DNA of 64,000 nt from Anaerolineae bacterium. GTDB lineage: Bacteria > Chloroflexota > Anaerolineae > Aggregatilineales > UBA3940. The stretch lies in the NCBI GenBank assembly GCA_016928235.1, contig JAFGLD010000205.1, forward strand, positions 1,348 through 65,347, given 5' to 3'. Position 1 is the stretch's first letter; each line of letters opens with the position of its first letter. Under the pieces are notes generated by a model that was not told where the DNA came from, ran no database searches, and was given only the letters and a program-made list of their open reading frames with translations. Below are positions 20,277 through 30,322 of this stretch, one piece after another. A program made the translations under genes and the position numbers.

Positions 20277-22718
20277 ATGCGTCTTCACAAGCTACTTATC
20301 ACGATCATTTTGTTTGTTATGGTGGCCGGGATGTTCAGTGGGTGTCAGGAGACCGGCCCGACTTCTACATCAGCGCCAGAGTCTGCCGCGTCTGCTACTT
20401 CTCTGCCCACAGAAGCCCCGGAAATCGAGCCTGAAATCTTCGAGAGCTTCGAAGAAAGCTCGACCAGCTGGGCAGCCGGGCTGCCACCCAACTTTGGAGA
20501 CAGCAGCGCGGTGGAAGTCAGCCTCAGTGATAAATATGCCAGCGACGGAAAGCAGTCCCTGGCAATGACCTTCGGGCAGGCTGGCCCCAGGGCTATGTTC
20601 GTCATTGAGGGCGCCTTCGATTTCTCTGAGGCGGGATATCTACAGTTCGACCTCGACGATCCGGATGGCGCTGTGCAGGGTGTTGGCTTTTCTCTGAGTA
20701 CCAGCTCGGCCTGGCTGTGGCACGAAGCGAAGCCGGCTGCCGTTAAGCAGGGCGAGAACACGCTGACCTTTGATCTGGCTGCATCCACTTATTGGACCGA
20801 CAATACCGATGGCGAATACAACGCCACCATCGCCGACCTGGCATCCATCCAAAGGGTAGCTATCATCCTCTATCCCAAGGCCGATGGCACCGCCTATCTG
20901 GATCAGGTGCGGCTGCTGCCCATTGAAGTCCAGCTAACTGCCTCGAGCCCCATCGATATCGCCTTCCAGGCGGCTCCCACTGCCACCAAGGAACCGGAGC
21001 CGCTGCCTGAGTTCGATCCGGCTGATGCCGGGGTTGCGCTCACAGTGCCGGAAGGAGCCGAGTTTAGCCAGTTCAAGATGGTCGAGCTGGACGTCGAGAC
21101 CAATGTCCCGGCCGCCAACCATTTCGATCCCGAAGATCTCGATATCCAGGTCACTTTCAACGGCCCTGCCGGTAAGACTCTCCAGTCGGGTGCCTTCTGG
21201 TACCAGGAGTGGGCTGACTGGAAGGATGAGCAACCATCTGGCGAGGGCAGCTGGAAAGTACGCTTCACGCCAACCGTCGAAGGCGATTGGAGCGCGGTGG
21301 CTTCCATCGCAGCTTTCAAGGTCAAGAGCGAGTCCGTGACTTTCTCGGTGGCGGCCTCAGACAGCCACGGCTTCGTGCGCATCAATCAGAAGAACCCGCG
21401 CTATCTGGCTTTTGACGATGGCGCGCCATTTCTGGTCAATGGTATCAACATGGGGTGGTGGGAAGATGACCCGATTGGCGATTATGAGCGCTGGCTGGAC
21501 GATTTCTCGGCTAATGGTGGCAACACCATCCGGGTCTGGATGGCCTCCTGGTCTTACGCCATCGAATGGCAGGAGACCGGCCTGGGCGATTACACCAACC
21601 GGATGAAGCAGGCCTGGCTACTCGATCAGCTCTTCAAGATGGCCGAGGAGCGGGACATCTATATCCTGTTGGTTCTGAGCAATCACGGGCAGTTTAGCGA
21701 AAACACCAACCCGGAATGGGCTGAAAATCCCTACAATGCCGCGCTCGGTGGGCCGCTTGCGAGCCCCGGGGAGTTCGTCACCGATGAGACGGCCCGCATG
21801 GTCTTTAAGCGCCGCCTCAATTACATCGCCCATCGCTGGGGCTACTCGACCAACATCCTGGCCTGGGAATGGTGGAACGAGATCAACTGGACGCCCATCA
21901 ACGATGAGATGCTTGTGCCCTGGATCCAGGAGATGGATGCTTACCTGGCCGAGCGCGACCCCTATGCTCACCTGACCACTGAATCGGGGCACGGCACTCA
22001 ATCGAGCATCTGGCAACTGCCGGAGATGGACATTCCAACCAGGCATCTCTATGCGACGACCGACATGTATCGTTCGTCCATAGGCGCCTACCAGGATCTG
22101 ACAGAGGCCATTCAGGGGAAGCCGCTTCTCTTTGCCGAGTTCGGATATTCATCATCAGAAGAGACCAATGCGCCTTACCTGAGCAACGGTGAGCATCTCC
22201 ATAATGGGTTATGGGCTCCTGTCTTCAATGGCTTTGCCGGTACCGGCATGTACTGGTGGTGGGATACCTATGTCGATCCTCAGAACCAGTGGTATCACTT
22301 CAAGGGCATCTCGGAGTTTTTCAGGGATGAGGATCTCTCGACTTACACCCCCATGGGAATACTCGATATCTCCGGCCCCGATGGCGAGCCTGCCGCGGCG
22401 AAGGGCATGGGGCTGAGCCGGAGTGACTCGATCTTGATCTGGCTGCGCAATGACGTCTACACTGGAGAAGATAGCCAGGCTGCCTACGAAGATGCCATTA
22501 TCGCCAAGGCCGCCGACAATTATTCCTACGATCCACCCGACGCGGAGGGGCAAACCATCACCCTGAGCGGTGTCGCCAATGGCGCCTACACTGTACAGTG
22601 GTTCGATCCGCAAACCGCTGAGTGGCTCGATGAGGAAACTGTCACGGCAAAGAACGGAACATTGGTGATCGTGGTTCCTACTCTTGATAAGGACCTGGCC
22701 GCTAAGATCTCTCGCTGA
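20277..22718 (+). CDS. Extracellular GH5-like (clan A) lipoprotein with CBM-like and DUF5060-like domains
   Basis: AGGAGG RBS, FSGC lipobox, WKVRFTP..GDW, AWEWWNE acid/base, FAEFG nucleophile, MYWWW. Confidence 0.8.
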   Translation: MRLHKLLITIILFVMVAGMFSGCQETGPTSTSAPESAASATSLPTEAPEIEPEIFESFEESSTSWAAGLPPNFGDSSAVEVSLSDKYASDGKQSLAMTFGQAGPRAMFVIEGAFDFSEAGYLQFDLDDPDGAVQGVGFSLSTSSAWLWHEAKPAAVKQGENTLTFDLAASTYWTDNTDGEYNATIADLASIQRVAIILYPKADGTAYLDQVRLLPIEVQLTASSPIDIAFQAAPTATKEPEPLPEFDPADAGVALTVPEGAEFSQFKMVELDVETNVPAANHFDPEDLDIQVTFNGPAGKTLQSGAFWYQEWADWKDEQPSGEGSWKVRFTPTVEGDWSAVASIAAFKVKSESVTFSVAASDSHGFVRINQKNPRYLAFDDGAPFLVNGINMGWWEDDPIGDYERWLDDFSANGGNTIRVWMASWSYAIEWQETGLGDYTNRMKQAWLLDQLFKMAEERDIYILLVLSNHGQFSENTNPEWAENPYNAALGGPLASPGEFVTDETARMVFKRRLNYIAHRWGYSTNILAWEWWNEINWTPINDEMLVPWIQEMDAYLAERDPYAHLTTESGHGTQSSIWQLPEMDIPTRHLYATTDMYRSSIGAYQDLTEAIQGKPLLFAEFGYSSSEETNAPYLSNGEHLHNGLWAPVFNGFAGTGMYWWWDTYVDPQNQWYHFKGISEFFRDEDLSTYTPMGILDISGPDGEPAAAKGMGLSRSDSILIWLRNDVYTGEDSQAAYEDAIIAKAADNYSYDPPDAEGQTITLSGVANGAYTVQWFDPQTAEWLDEETVTAKNGTLVIVVPTLDKDLAAKISR

Positions 22719-22753
22719 GCCTTTTCGCCCCTGCTCCTTGGGGATTAAGGTTT

Positions 22754-22786
22754 GGTGTGCTTACCGATCAGATCGGTAAGCACACC
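22754..22786. repeat. Perfect 16-bp palindrome
   Basis: GGTGTGCTTACCGATC-a-GATCGGTAAGCACACC. Confidence 0.9.
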
Positions 22787-22793
22787 CAGTTTT

Positions 22794-23024
22794 GACAGCA
22801 AGCGTGCTTTGTTCGACAGCAAGCGTGCTTTGTCTGACAGCAAGCGTGCTTTGTTTGACAGCAAGCGTGCTTTGTTCGACAGCAAGCGTGCTTTGTTCGA
22901 CAGCAAGCGTGCTTTGTTTGACAGCAAGCGTGCTTTGTTTGACAGCAAGCGTGCTTTGTTTGACAGCAAGCGTGCTTTGTTCGACAGCAAGCGTGCTTTG
23001 TCTGACAGCAAGCGTGCTTTGTTC
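22794..23024 (+). repeat. 21-bp tandem repeat, 11 copies plus a degenerate 12th
   Basis: GACAGCAAGCGTGCTTTG + (TTC/TCT/TTT) at 21-bp intervals from 22794 to 23004; degenerate GACCGCAAGTGTG at 23025. Confidence 0.97.
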
Positions 23025-23157
23025 GACCGCAAGTGTGATGGATTTGTTGGTAGGCACACCGGTATAACTTGTCTGCCATAAGACTATCGCCATAAGCCAT
23101 AAGTTATAAGAGAAGGAGACAGGCGATCCCCTGCGGGAGATCGCGCGAAACAGTACT

Positions 23158-24378
23158 ATGAGCAGCATTATCGATACCGCAGCCGGTTACCAGACTGAAG
23201 TCATGAATGAGCTTGTAAACGACATCCTGCCTTTCTACATCGACCATGCTGTCGACGAGAAGCAGGGAGGCTTTTACGGTTTTATCACCAACGATGTGAG
23301 AGCCATCCCGAATGCGCCCAAGGGGCTCATCCAGAATTCGCGTATTCTGTGGACTTTTTCCCATGCCTACCGCCTTCTGAACGATCCTCGCTATCTCCCG
23401 ATCGCCGGCCGGGCTTATGCTTACCTGCTCGAACATTTCTGGGATGCCGAGCACGGCGGCTTTTATTGGATGCTCACCCACGATGGGCGTCCAAAAGATG
23501 CCGGTAAGCTGGCTTATGGACAAGCTTTCTCTATCTATGCGTTGGCAGAATACTACCTGGCCACCCGGAACGAGCAGGTCATTGGGAAGGCGCTCAAAAC
23601 CTACCATCTGCTCGAAGAACACTTTGCCGATTCGACTGATGGGGGCTATATCGAGGGCGGCACGCGCGAATGGATTCCGTCCGATGACGCTTCGCTTGAT
23701 GACGCGGTGGCAGCCAAGAGCATGAACACGCAGCTCCATGTGATCGAAGCCTACACCAACCTGCTGCGCGTCTACGACGATGATGGACTGCGTGGGCGGC
23801 TGCGGGACGAGATCGACGTGATGGTCAACCATGTCATCGATCCGGTTACCTGGCACTTCAAATTACACTTCGACGCCGATTGGCGCGCACATAACGACAA
23901 TATCTCTTACGGACATGACATCGAAGGCAGTTGGCTGTTGGTCGAAGCGGCGGAAGTGTTGGATGATGCCGCGCTGCTCGGCCGGATCCGGGACATCGCC
24001 ATCAAGATGGCCCAGGCTACCTACGTGGAGGGAATCGACCAGGATGGCAGCTTGTTCTACGAGGGCAGCCCGCGCGGTCTGTTGAATCCCAACAAAGATT
24101 GGTGGCCCCAGGCTGAAGCAATGATCGGGTTTCTTAATGCCTACCAGATTACCCGTGAACCTCACTTCTACGAGGCCTCATTACGTGCCTGGCGCTTCAT
24201 CCAGGACACGATCATCGACAAGCAAGACGGTGAATGGTTCTGGGGGGTTACGCCGGACGGCAAGATCATCGACCAGGGGAAGACTGGCCCGTGGAAGGCC
24301 CCTTATCACAATGGACGGGCCTGCCTGGAGGTGCATCGACGGTTGAGCAAGCTCATCGGCAATGGTGTGATTGCGTGA
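23158..24378 (+). CDS. Cellobiose/mannobiose 2-epimerase (AGE family), cytoplasmic
   Basis: QNSRILWTFS, FWDAEHGGFYW, KSMNTQLHVIEAY, SYGHDIEGSWL, WWPQAE, WKAPYHNGRA. Confidence 0.92.
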   Translation: MSSIIDTAAGYQTEVMNELVNDILPFYIDHAVDEKQGGFYGFITNDVRAIPNAPKGLIQNSRILWTFSHAYRLLNDPRYLPIAGRAYAYLLEHFWDAEHGGFYWMLTHDGRPKDAGKLAYGQAFSIYALAEYYLATRNEQVIGKALKTYHLLEEHFADSTDGGYIEGGTREWIPSDDASLDDAVAAKSMNTQLHVIEAYTNLLRVYDDDGLRGRLRDEIDVMVNHVIDPVTWHFKLHFDADWRAHNDNISYGHDIEGSWLLVEAAEVLDDAALLGRIRDIAIKMAQATYVEGIDQDGSLFYEGSPRGLLNPNKDWWPQAEAMIGFLNAYQITREPHFYEASLRAWRFIQDTIIDKQDGEWFWGVTPDGKIIDQGKTGPWKAPYHNGRACLEVHRRLSKLIGNGVIA

Positions 24379-24403
24379 TTGGGGGGTGAAAGACAGGACA
24401 ACA

Positions 24404-25405
24404 ATGCCTCGTTATGGATTTAATTTTCAATGGATACTGGGATGGGTAGACAGAGGAAGTATGCCGGAGCCGCCCGATCCGCGCGCACTGGACATGATAG
24501 CAGAACTGGGTTTCGATTTCGTCCGCATCCCGGCCAACTACTGGTTTTGGACCCACGATTTCGACTACCGGCATCCTGATGAGTCGGTGTGGAATGTCAT
24601 CGATGACTATCTGGCGGCCTGCCGGTCACGCGGGATGCACATGAGCCTCAACCTGCATCGGGCCCCCGGCTACTGCATCAATCGCAACGATCTGGAACGC
24701 CACAATTTATGGGTGGACAAGATCGCCCAGGATGCCTTTGTCTTCCTGTGGAGCCGGTTTGCTGATCGCTATCAGGGTGTGCCTAACACCAATTTGAGTT
24801 TCGACCTGGTCAACGAGCCGCCGGGCGTCGGGGAGTACGGGATGACTCGCGATAACCATGCCGCTTTGATACGTCGTGCTGTGGCTGCTATCCGGGAGAT
24901 CGACCCGGAGCGGGAGATCGTCATCGATGGAGTGGGCGGCGGCCACCTGGCCATGCCGGAACTGGCCGATCTGGGCGTCATCCACAGCGGTCGCGGCTAC
25001 CAGCCGATGCCGATCAGCCATCATGGGGCATTCTGGTGGCCGGATTACCAGGACGCTCCCCTGCCCAAATACCCTGGTCTGGAATGGGATGGCCGTGTCT
25101 GGGACAAAGATGCCCTGCGTAGTTACTTCCAGCCCTGGCGAGATGTCGAAGCACGGGGCGTGACGATCCACATCGGCGAGTTTGGCTGCCACAACCAGAC
25201 TCCCAACGACATCGCGCTGCGCTGGTTCGCCGATCTGCTGAGTTTGTTCAAAGAGTTCGGTTGGGGATACAGCCTGTGGCAGTTTGCCGGGCCCTTTGGC
25301 ATCATCGAGCACGGACGACCCGGCGCAAAGTACGAGGATATCCACGGGTACAAAGTTGACCGCGAGCTGCTCGACCTGCTGACTGAGTGTCGCGTTCAGG
25401 GATGA
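24404..25405 (+). CDS. Intracellular GH5 glycoside hydrolase (TM1752/Man5B-like)
   Basis: GFDFVRIP, LHRAPGYCIN, LSFDLVNEPP, HIGEFGC; no signal peptide. Confidence 0.88.
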   Translation: MPRYGFNFQWILGWVDRGSMPEPPDPRALDMIAELGFDFVRIPANYWFWTHDFDYRHPDESVWNVIDDYLAACRSRGMHMSLNLHRAPGYCINRNDLERHNLWVDKIAQDAFVFLWSRFADRYQGVPNTNLSFDLVNEPPGVGEYGMTRDNHAALIRRAVAAIREIDPEREIVIDGVGGGHLAMPELADLGVIHSGRGYQPMPISHHGAFWWPDYQDAPLPKYPGLEWDGRVWDKDALRSYFQPWRDVEARGVTIHIGEFGCHNQTPNDIALRWFADLLSLFKEFGWGYSLWQFAGPFGIIEHGRPGAKYEDIHGYKVDRELLDLLTECRVQG

Positions 25406-25480
25406 GGAACAGGCGAAATTGCCGGGCAGCGTGTCACATCCCCCAACCCCTTTTATAAAGGGGCACCTTAAAACACGTTT

Positions 25481-26377
25481 TTACGCAGTCTTCTGCTCAG
25501 GGCCGGCGTTCTGATCTGCGACAGGTTTCTGTTCAGTGGTTGGCTTGGGTTCAGCATCGACCTTCTTATCTGGGCTGGAGGGTTTCAACTGGGAGGTTCT
25601 GGTGCTGGTTGGTGTCACCAGCAAGGTCTGGATGCGCTGCCATATCTCGTGTCCCGGCAGGGTGTGCGCTCTGAGCCGGGCCGCCCAATAGAGCATATCG
25701 CCCAGAAGCCCGGCCAGAAATGCGGCAAAAAGTGGGCTATCAACCTTCACATCGTGCTCCCGTCGATGATCGTCGATGTCGCGATTTCCCAACTCAGAGA
25801 AGCGCAAATCGGTGGCCGATGAGGCTGCCTTAAAGAGATAGATATTTTCGGGCCCGCTGGCAACCAGTGCCTGGTCAGAAGGCTCCCGGAAGCCAACCAA
25901 TTCCCACTTTAAGGCCGGCTTGGGAACAGCGTAGGTGGACAGTGCTGCCGAGAGCTGATCAAAAGGGATCAGGAACTCCGCGCCGCCAAAGCGATCGAGA
26001 ACCTCGTACTGTTGCAGAGCAATGCCACTATGATTGACCAGCGCGTAAATGATCTCGGCGTAGGGCATCAGCCGGTACGGATCGAGAGGGAGATGTTCCT
26101 CTAGCACAGGACGCCAGGCCCGCGCAACAAACGCCATGTCGCTGGCAATGTGTAATGCAGCATCCTCCCCAACCTCTCTGGCGATCTCACTCAGCAGCCT
26201 GCGCGCCATATTCTGATCGATGATGGGCGTCGTTTGCACATCAAGCAGGACGGAACCCAGTGAGATCAAGACGCGCTGGATCGCCGCTTTGTCGATCAGC
26301 CCGATGATGGCAACCAGGCTTAGAACGTCGGCCAGGGCCTGGATGCGTTGTTCTGGGGTGGATTGAGTGGGCATCAT
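25481..26377 (-). CDS. Hypothetical protein
   Basis: About 298-aa ORF filling the intergenic gap, low-complexity tail, no motif recognised. Confidence 0.65.
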   Translation of the reverse strand: MMPTQSTPEQRIQALADVLSLVAIIGLIDKAAIQRVLISLGSVLLDVQTTPIIDQNMARRLLSEIAREVGEDAALHIASDMAFVARAWRPVLEEHLPLDPYRLMPYAEIIYALVNHSGIALQQYEVLDRFGGAEFLIPFDQLSAALSTYAVPKPALKWELVGFREPSDQALVASGPENIYLFKAASSATDLRFSELGNRDIDDHRREHDVKVDSPLFAAFLAGLLGDMLYWAARLRAHTLPGHEIWQRIQTLLVTPTSTRTSQLKPSSPDKKVDAEPKPTTEQKPVADQNAGPEQKTA

Positions 26378-26549
26378 GATCCCGTCGGCACACATGGATG
26401 AGATGCTGCTTATTGTACGGGAATACACACGACTACGCCAGTTGAAGGATGCTCGATGCTCTTGATTTTACTCAACCACCCATTGTGCTAAACTGATGGG
26501 CATATTGTTCGTGTTTGGTGATTGATCTGTTATGAAGAGGAGAGCTATC

Positions 26550-28097
26550 ATGCCCCGTGTGTACCGTTACATCAGTACGTTGCCGGCACTCATCATCACA
26601 GTTGTTCTGTTTCTGCTATCCCATGGCCTGACATCAGCGCAATCGCCGGTCCGCATCATCTGGCTGCATCATTCCGTCGGCGCTGGGATCATCGATGGCG
26701 GCGGTGTGCGTGAAGGCTTATCCGCGCTGGGCCACGAGTTTTACGACCACGGCTATAACGGTGATGGGCTGCGCCTGGCCGACGGTTCAACCCCTGGCAC
26801 TACCTTCGATGTGCCGGGCGATAACACCGATCCGGATGGTTTCGCTGATATCTTCAACCAGCCGGTACACAACCCACCCGACAACACACTCAGCCATCTC
26901 ATGCAGTATGACGTCATCATGATCAAGTCATGCTTCCCAACCAGCAATATCGGCGACGATGCGCAATTGGAGGCCGACAAGGGGTACTACCGGACGATTG
27001 CCAAGCAGATGGACCAATATCCTGATAAGCTCCTGATTCTTGTTACCCATCCCCCCCAGGTCCCCAACAGCACCGATTCCGATGAGGCACAACGAGCACG
27101 TGCCCTCAACGACTGGCTGCTCTCTGATGCGTTTCTCAGCGGGCACCCCAATCTCTTCGTTTTCGATCTCTTTGGCCGGTTGGCCGGTGGGGATAACTTG
27201 CTGCGTTCCAACTATCGTGTCTCGGACGATGACGCGCACCCCAACGATATTGCCAATGCCGCCATTGGGCCGGAACTGGTCGATTTCGTCGATCAGGCCA
27301 TTCGCAGTGCCTGGGGCAATGCGCCGCGTCCGCAATCATCATCGAGCGATGGCTTGCCTGCCGAGGAGCCGGCGGGTGATTCCATCGAGCAGCCTCCCGC
27401 GGCGGGAGCGGTTGCCACGGATGTCATCGATGATTTCGAGGCGGGGGCCGATGCCTGGCATGCCGACACCGACAGACCGGAGACGATCATCGAGTGTGGG
27501 GCAGACAGCGAGTTTGCTCATAGTGGTAACGCCTCTTTGCGGCTACACTACGAGATCGCGCCCGACGGTTATGTCACCTGTGGTCACTCCTTCGACGAGA
27601 CACAGAATTGGGGCGGCGCGACAGGCATCTCGTTGTGGTTGATGGCCGACACACCCGATCAATGGGTCACGCTGGGCGTGTATTCCGGTGCCCTCGAATC
27701 ACCCACGCCCTTCGAGATATCTTTTGCCGTCCCACCCAACAGCCTGAATGCCTGGGCACAGGTCATCTATGCCTGGACCGATTTCGAGCGGGCCGGCTGG
27801 GCCGATGCGGGTGGGCTGCAAGCACTCGATCCGGCGCGGGTGACCGGCTACAGTCTCAGCCTTGGAGCCGGCGAAGAGACTGTCTCAGGCATCATGTGGA
27901 TGGACGATGTAGAGCTGGTCGAAGGTCGTGTGGCTACTACGGCTGAGGAGGATGAGCCGGAGGAGGATGTCGAGCAAGATGAGCCGGATATCCGGGCTGA
28001 GAAAAAATTGTGCGGTGGGGTTGGAGCTGTCTTGCTGCTCCCTCTGGCTGCGGGCATGGTGATGGCCAATCGACGCCGCTGTAGGGTGATTGGATAG
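26550..28097 (+). CDS. Secreted SGNH-like + CBM11-like protein with C-terminal membrane anchor
   Basis: GAGGAG RBS, signal peptide, LHHSVG...DDAHPN, IDDFE...HSGNASLRLHY...WMDDVEL, tail KKLCGG-TM-RRR. Confidence 0.72.
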   Translation: MPRVYRYISTLPALIITVVLFLLSHGLTSAQSPVRIIWLHHSVGAGIIDGGGVREGLSALGHEFYDHGYNGDGLRLADGSTPGTTFDVPGDNTDPDGFADIFNQPVHNPPDNTLSHLMQYDVIMIKSCFPTSNIGDDAQLEADKGYYRTIAKQMDQYPDKLLILVTHPPQVPNSTDSDEAQRARALNDWLLSDAFLSGHPNLFVFDLFGRLAGGDNLLRSNYRVSDDDAHPNDIANAAIGPELVDFVDQAIRSAWGNAPRPQSSSSDGLPAEEPAGDSIEQPPAAGAVATDVIDDFEAGADAWHADTDRPETIIECGADSEFAHSGNASLRLHYEIAPDGYVTCGHSFDETQNWGGATGISLWLMADTPDQWVTLGVYSGALESPTPFEISFAVPPNSLNAWAQVIYAWTDFERAGWADAGGLQALDPARVTGYSLSLGAGEETVSGIMWMDDVELVEGRVATTAEEDEPEEDVEQDEPDIRAEKKLCGGVGAVLLLPLAAGMVMANRRRCRVIG

Positions 28098-28186
28098 TAG
28101 ACTTTATCGGCAATAAGAATTCTATGTGTAGTTCAGCTATTCCCGATAAAGTCTAGTGAAGATTCTTAAATACAAAGAGGAGATTG

Positions 28187-29074
28187 ATGATGAAAGAGAA
28201 GTTGATTGTGCTGTTCCTGATTGCGCTCACGTTGGCTGCTTGTGGCGGCGCGGCGACGACAGAAACACTCGCGCCTGCTGTAGAGCCAACGGCTAAGCCC
28301 ACCGACCTGACTGAGCCAAGTGTAACGCCCGCGCCAACCGAGGTCACCGAGCAGCCGGGCATCCCGCTGCCGGAGTCTCAGCGTATCGAGTTCTCTCTTG
28401 CGGATGGAACGCTGTTGGTCGGGACCTATTATCCGCCGCGCATCGCGCCTGCTCCAGGCGTTTTACTGGTACACCAGATGCGCTCGAACAGGGAGGCCTG
28501 GGAACCGCTCTTCAATCTGCTGCGCGGCGAAGAATGGAATGGCCATCCCTCGCCGCTGGAAGCCGGTGGCCCGACCTATGCTATTTTCGCCATCGACTTA
28601 CCTGGGCATGGTGAGAGTGGCGGCAATGCTCAAGACCAGGCCATGCTTGAGGCGGTGGCCTTAGGGCTGGAGCAGATGCGCAGCTTTGAGGAGGTCGACG
28701 CGGAGCAGATTGTGATCATGGGAGCTAGTGTTGGCGCCGATGCTGCTGTAGACGAATGCAATGAAGGCTGTGTCGGCGCGGTGTCTTTCTCGCCGGGCGG
28801 CTTCCTGGGTATCGATTACAACACGGCCTTGCAAACTCTACTCGATGAAAAGGACCCACCTGTCCTGTGCATTGCCGCAGTGAATGACGTGGCCAGCAAC
28901 GAAGCCTGCCTGGCAGGCGAATCGGTGGGGTTGAGCAGTTACCAGTATCATATCTATGACGGCAGGACACACGGCACCAACCTCTTCATGGAAGATAGCC
29001 TGACCCCGCCACCGCATGTTATTGAGTTGGTTTTGCAATGGCTTGGGGAGAATCTGCCGCTGGTGGTTCCATAG
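28187..29074 (+). CDS. Alpha/beta hydrolase lipoprotein
   Basis: LAACGG lipobox, DLPGHGES, GASVG, THGT. Confidence 0.85.
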   Translation: MMKEKLIVLFLIALTLAACGGAATTETLAPAVEPTAKPTDLTEPSVTPAPTEVTEQPGIPLPESQRIEFSLADGTLLVGTYYPPRIAPAPGVLLVHQMRSNREAWEPLFNLLRGEEWNGHPSPLEAGGPTYAIFAIDLPGHGESGGNAQDQAMLEAVALGLEQMRSFEEVDAEQIVIMGASVGADAAVDECNEGCVGAVSFSPGGFLGIDYNTALQTLLDEKDPPVLCIAAVNDVASNEACLAGESVGLSSYQYHIYDGRTHGTNLFMEDSLTPPPHVIELVLQWLGENLPLVVP

Positions 29075-29268
29075 ACAATCCATCTTCCGGCATGATAAGG
29101 CATGTGTGTTGCTAACTACCAACAGAAACTATATGATCTTTCTGGTAGCATCTGCCCATCAAAAAAAACGAAGACCAGCCGGTATCGCAAATGTCGATAC
29201 ACTCCGGAGCGATATAGAGACGCTACCAATTCTACCTTAGCTTACTGAGAGAAAGGATAAGGACTGAC

Positions 29269-29739
29269 ATGAAAGGTGACGATCGAATCCTCGAAACGTT
29301 GAACTATCTCCTGGCCGACGAGCTGACAGCCATCAACCAGTATATGGTCCACTCTGAAATGTGCGCCGACTGGGGGTACGAAAAACTCCACGAGACGATC
29401 GAGAAGCGTGCTATCGGTGAGATGTTACACGCCGAGAAGCTCATTGGACGCATCTTATTTTTGGAGGGAGTTCCCATCGTTAGCAAACTGAACCCCATGC
29501 ACATTGGCGCTAACGTTGAGGAGCAGCTCAACAACGACTGGACGGCAGAGAGCGAGGCAATCAAAGCTTACAACGATGCGGTCCAACTGGCGGTTGAGGC
29601 GAGTGATAACGGCACGCGTGAACTGTTCGAATCGATCCTCAAGGATGAAGAGGATCATATCGACTGGATCGAGACGCAGATCGAGCAGATCAAGCAGATG
29701 GGGCTACAGCTCTATCTGGCAAAGCAGTTGGACGACTAA
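29269..29739 (+). CDS. bfr: Bacterioferritin
   Basis: MKGD, ELTAINQY, EMLHAE (heme Met), RILFLEG, DEEDHID. Confidence 0.95.
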   Translation: MKGDDRILETLNYLLADELTAINQYMVHSEMCADWGYEKLHETIEKRAIGEMLHAEKLIGRILFLEGVPIVSKLNPMHIGANVEEQLNNDWTAESEAIKAYNDAVQLAVEASDNGTRELFESILKDEEDHIDWIETQIEQIKQMGLQLYLAKQLDD

Positions 29740-29754
29740 TCCCACTTTCACATT

Positions 29755-29812
29755 GACTTCCGAAGTCTTGACCAGATCTTCAAGTAGGAGGTCGCGGCAG
29801 GACTTCGGAAGT
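29755..29812. repeat. REP-like GACTTCCGAAGTC / GACTTCGGAAGT pair
   Basis: Two self-palindromic units in inverted orientation directly after bfr. Confidence 0.6.
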
Positions 29813-29850
29813 TGCGTCTTCTTAACACCAATATGGCTCGTCCGGTATAG

Positions 29851-30213
29851 TCAGGAGATGTCAGGTGTGGACAGATTGCCACTGTTGAACATGACCAACT
29901 TTTCCCAGTCAATCATGTAGTCTATCCCACAAAAACCATGAAGCAATTCTGCCGTAAGGCGATTCTCTAGGGCTACCCGTTTGTTGTTGAAGTCATCGTT
30001 GTGTTGTTTGGCCTGATAACCGATAGGTTCGATGATATCAATATACAGATTTGATTCCCCAGACAGAAAATACCAGAAACGTTGACCAACCAGGACGTCA
30101 TAGAAGCCCCTGTCTCTGAAACGTTTCTTTCCGTAACAGATGCCCAAAACGGGCTGTAGATGTATGCCGGAACGCGCCTGTCTTTGTACTGTTAATCCAC
30201 GTTTGAAGTTTTC
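29851..30213 (-). pseudogene. C-terminal remnant of a PmeII-family type II restriction endonuclease
   Basis: ENFKR...VLGICYGK...GQRFWYFLSG..NLYIDIIEPIG..AK...IDWEKLVMFNSG; N-terminal half and methylase absent. Confidence 0.65.
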
Positions 30214-30296
30214 TGGGATGGTATACGGGGCTGTGATATGGAAAGAGATTATTTGTGAACATTTTGCCGGATGAAATGTTATTCCCCGACCGGCTT

Positions 30297-30322
30297 GTCA
30301 TTCCCGCGCAGGCGGGAATCCA
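30297..30322 (+). repeat. GTCATTCCCGC-type palindromic repeat
   Basis: GTCATTCCCGCGCAGGCGGGAATCCA. Confidence 0.75.

Noticed and set aside
22794-23024. CRISPR array
   Set aside because: Units are contiguous with only a 3-nt variable part; no unique spacers and no cas genes
22745-23168. Heptad-repeat ORFs (LLSNKAR, DSKRALF, TKHACC, etc.)
   Set aside because: Five frames are open simply because the 21-mer lacks stops; no RBS or frame preference supports one
25459-25475. GGGGCACCTTA shared with about 30921 as a possible IS end
   Set aside because: Only 11 nt shared; no partner end or transposase
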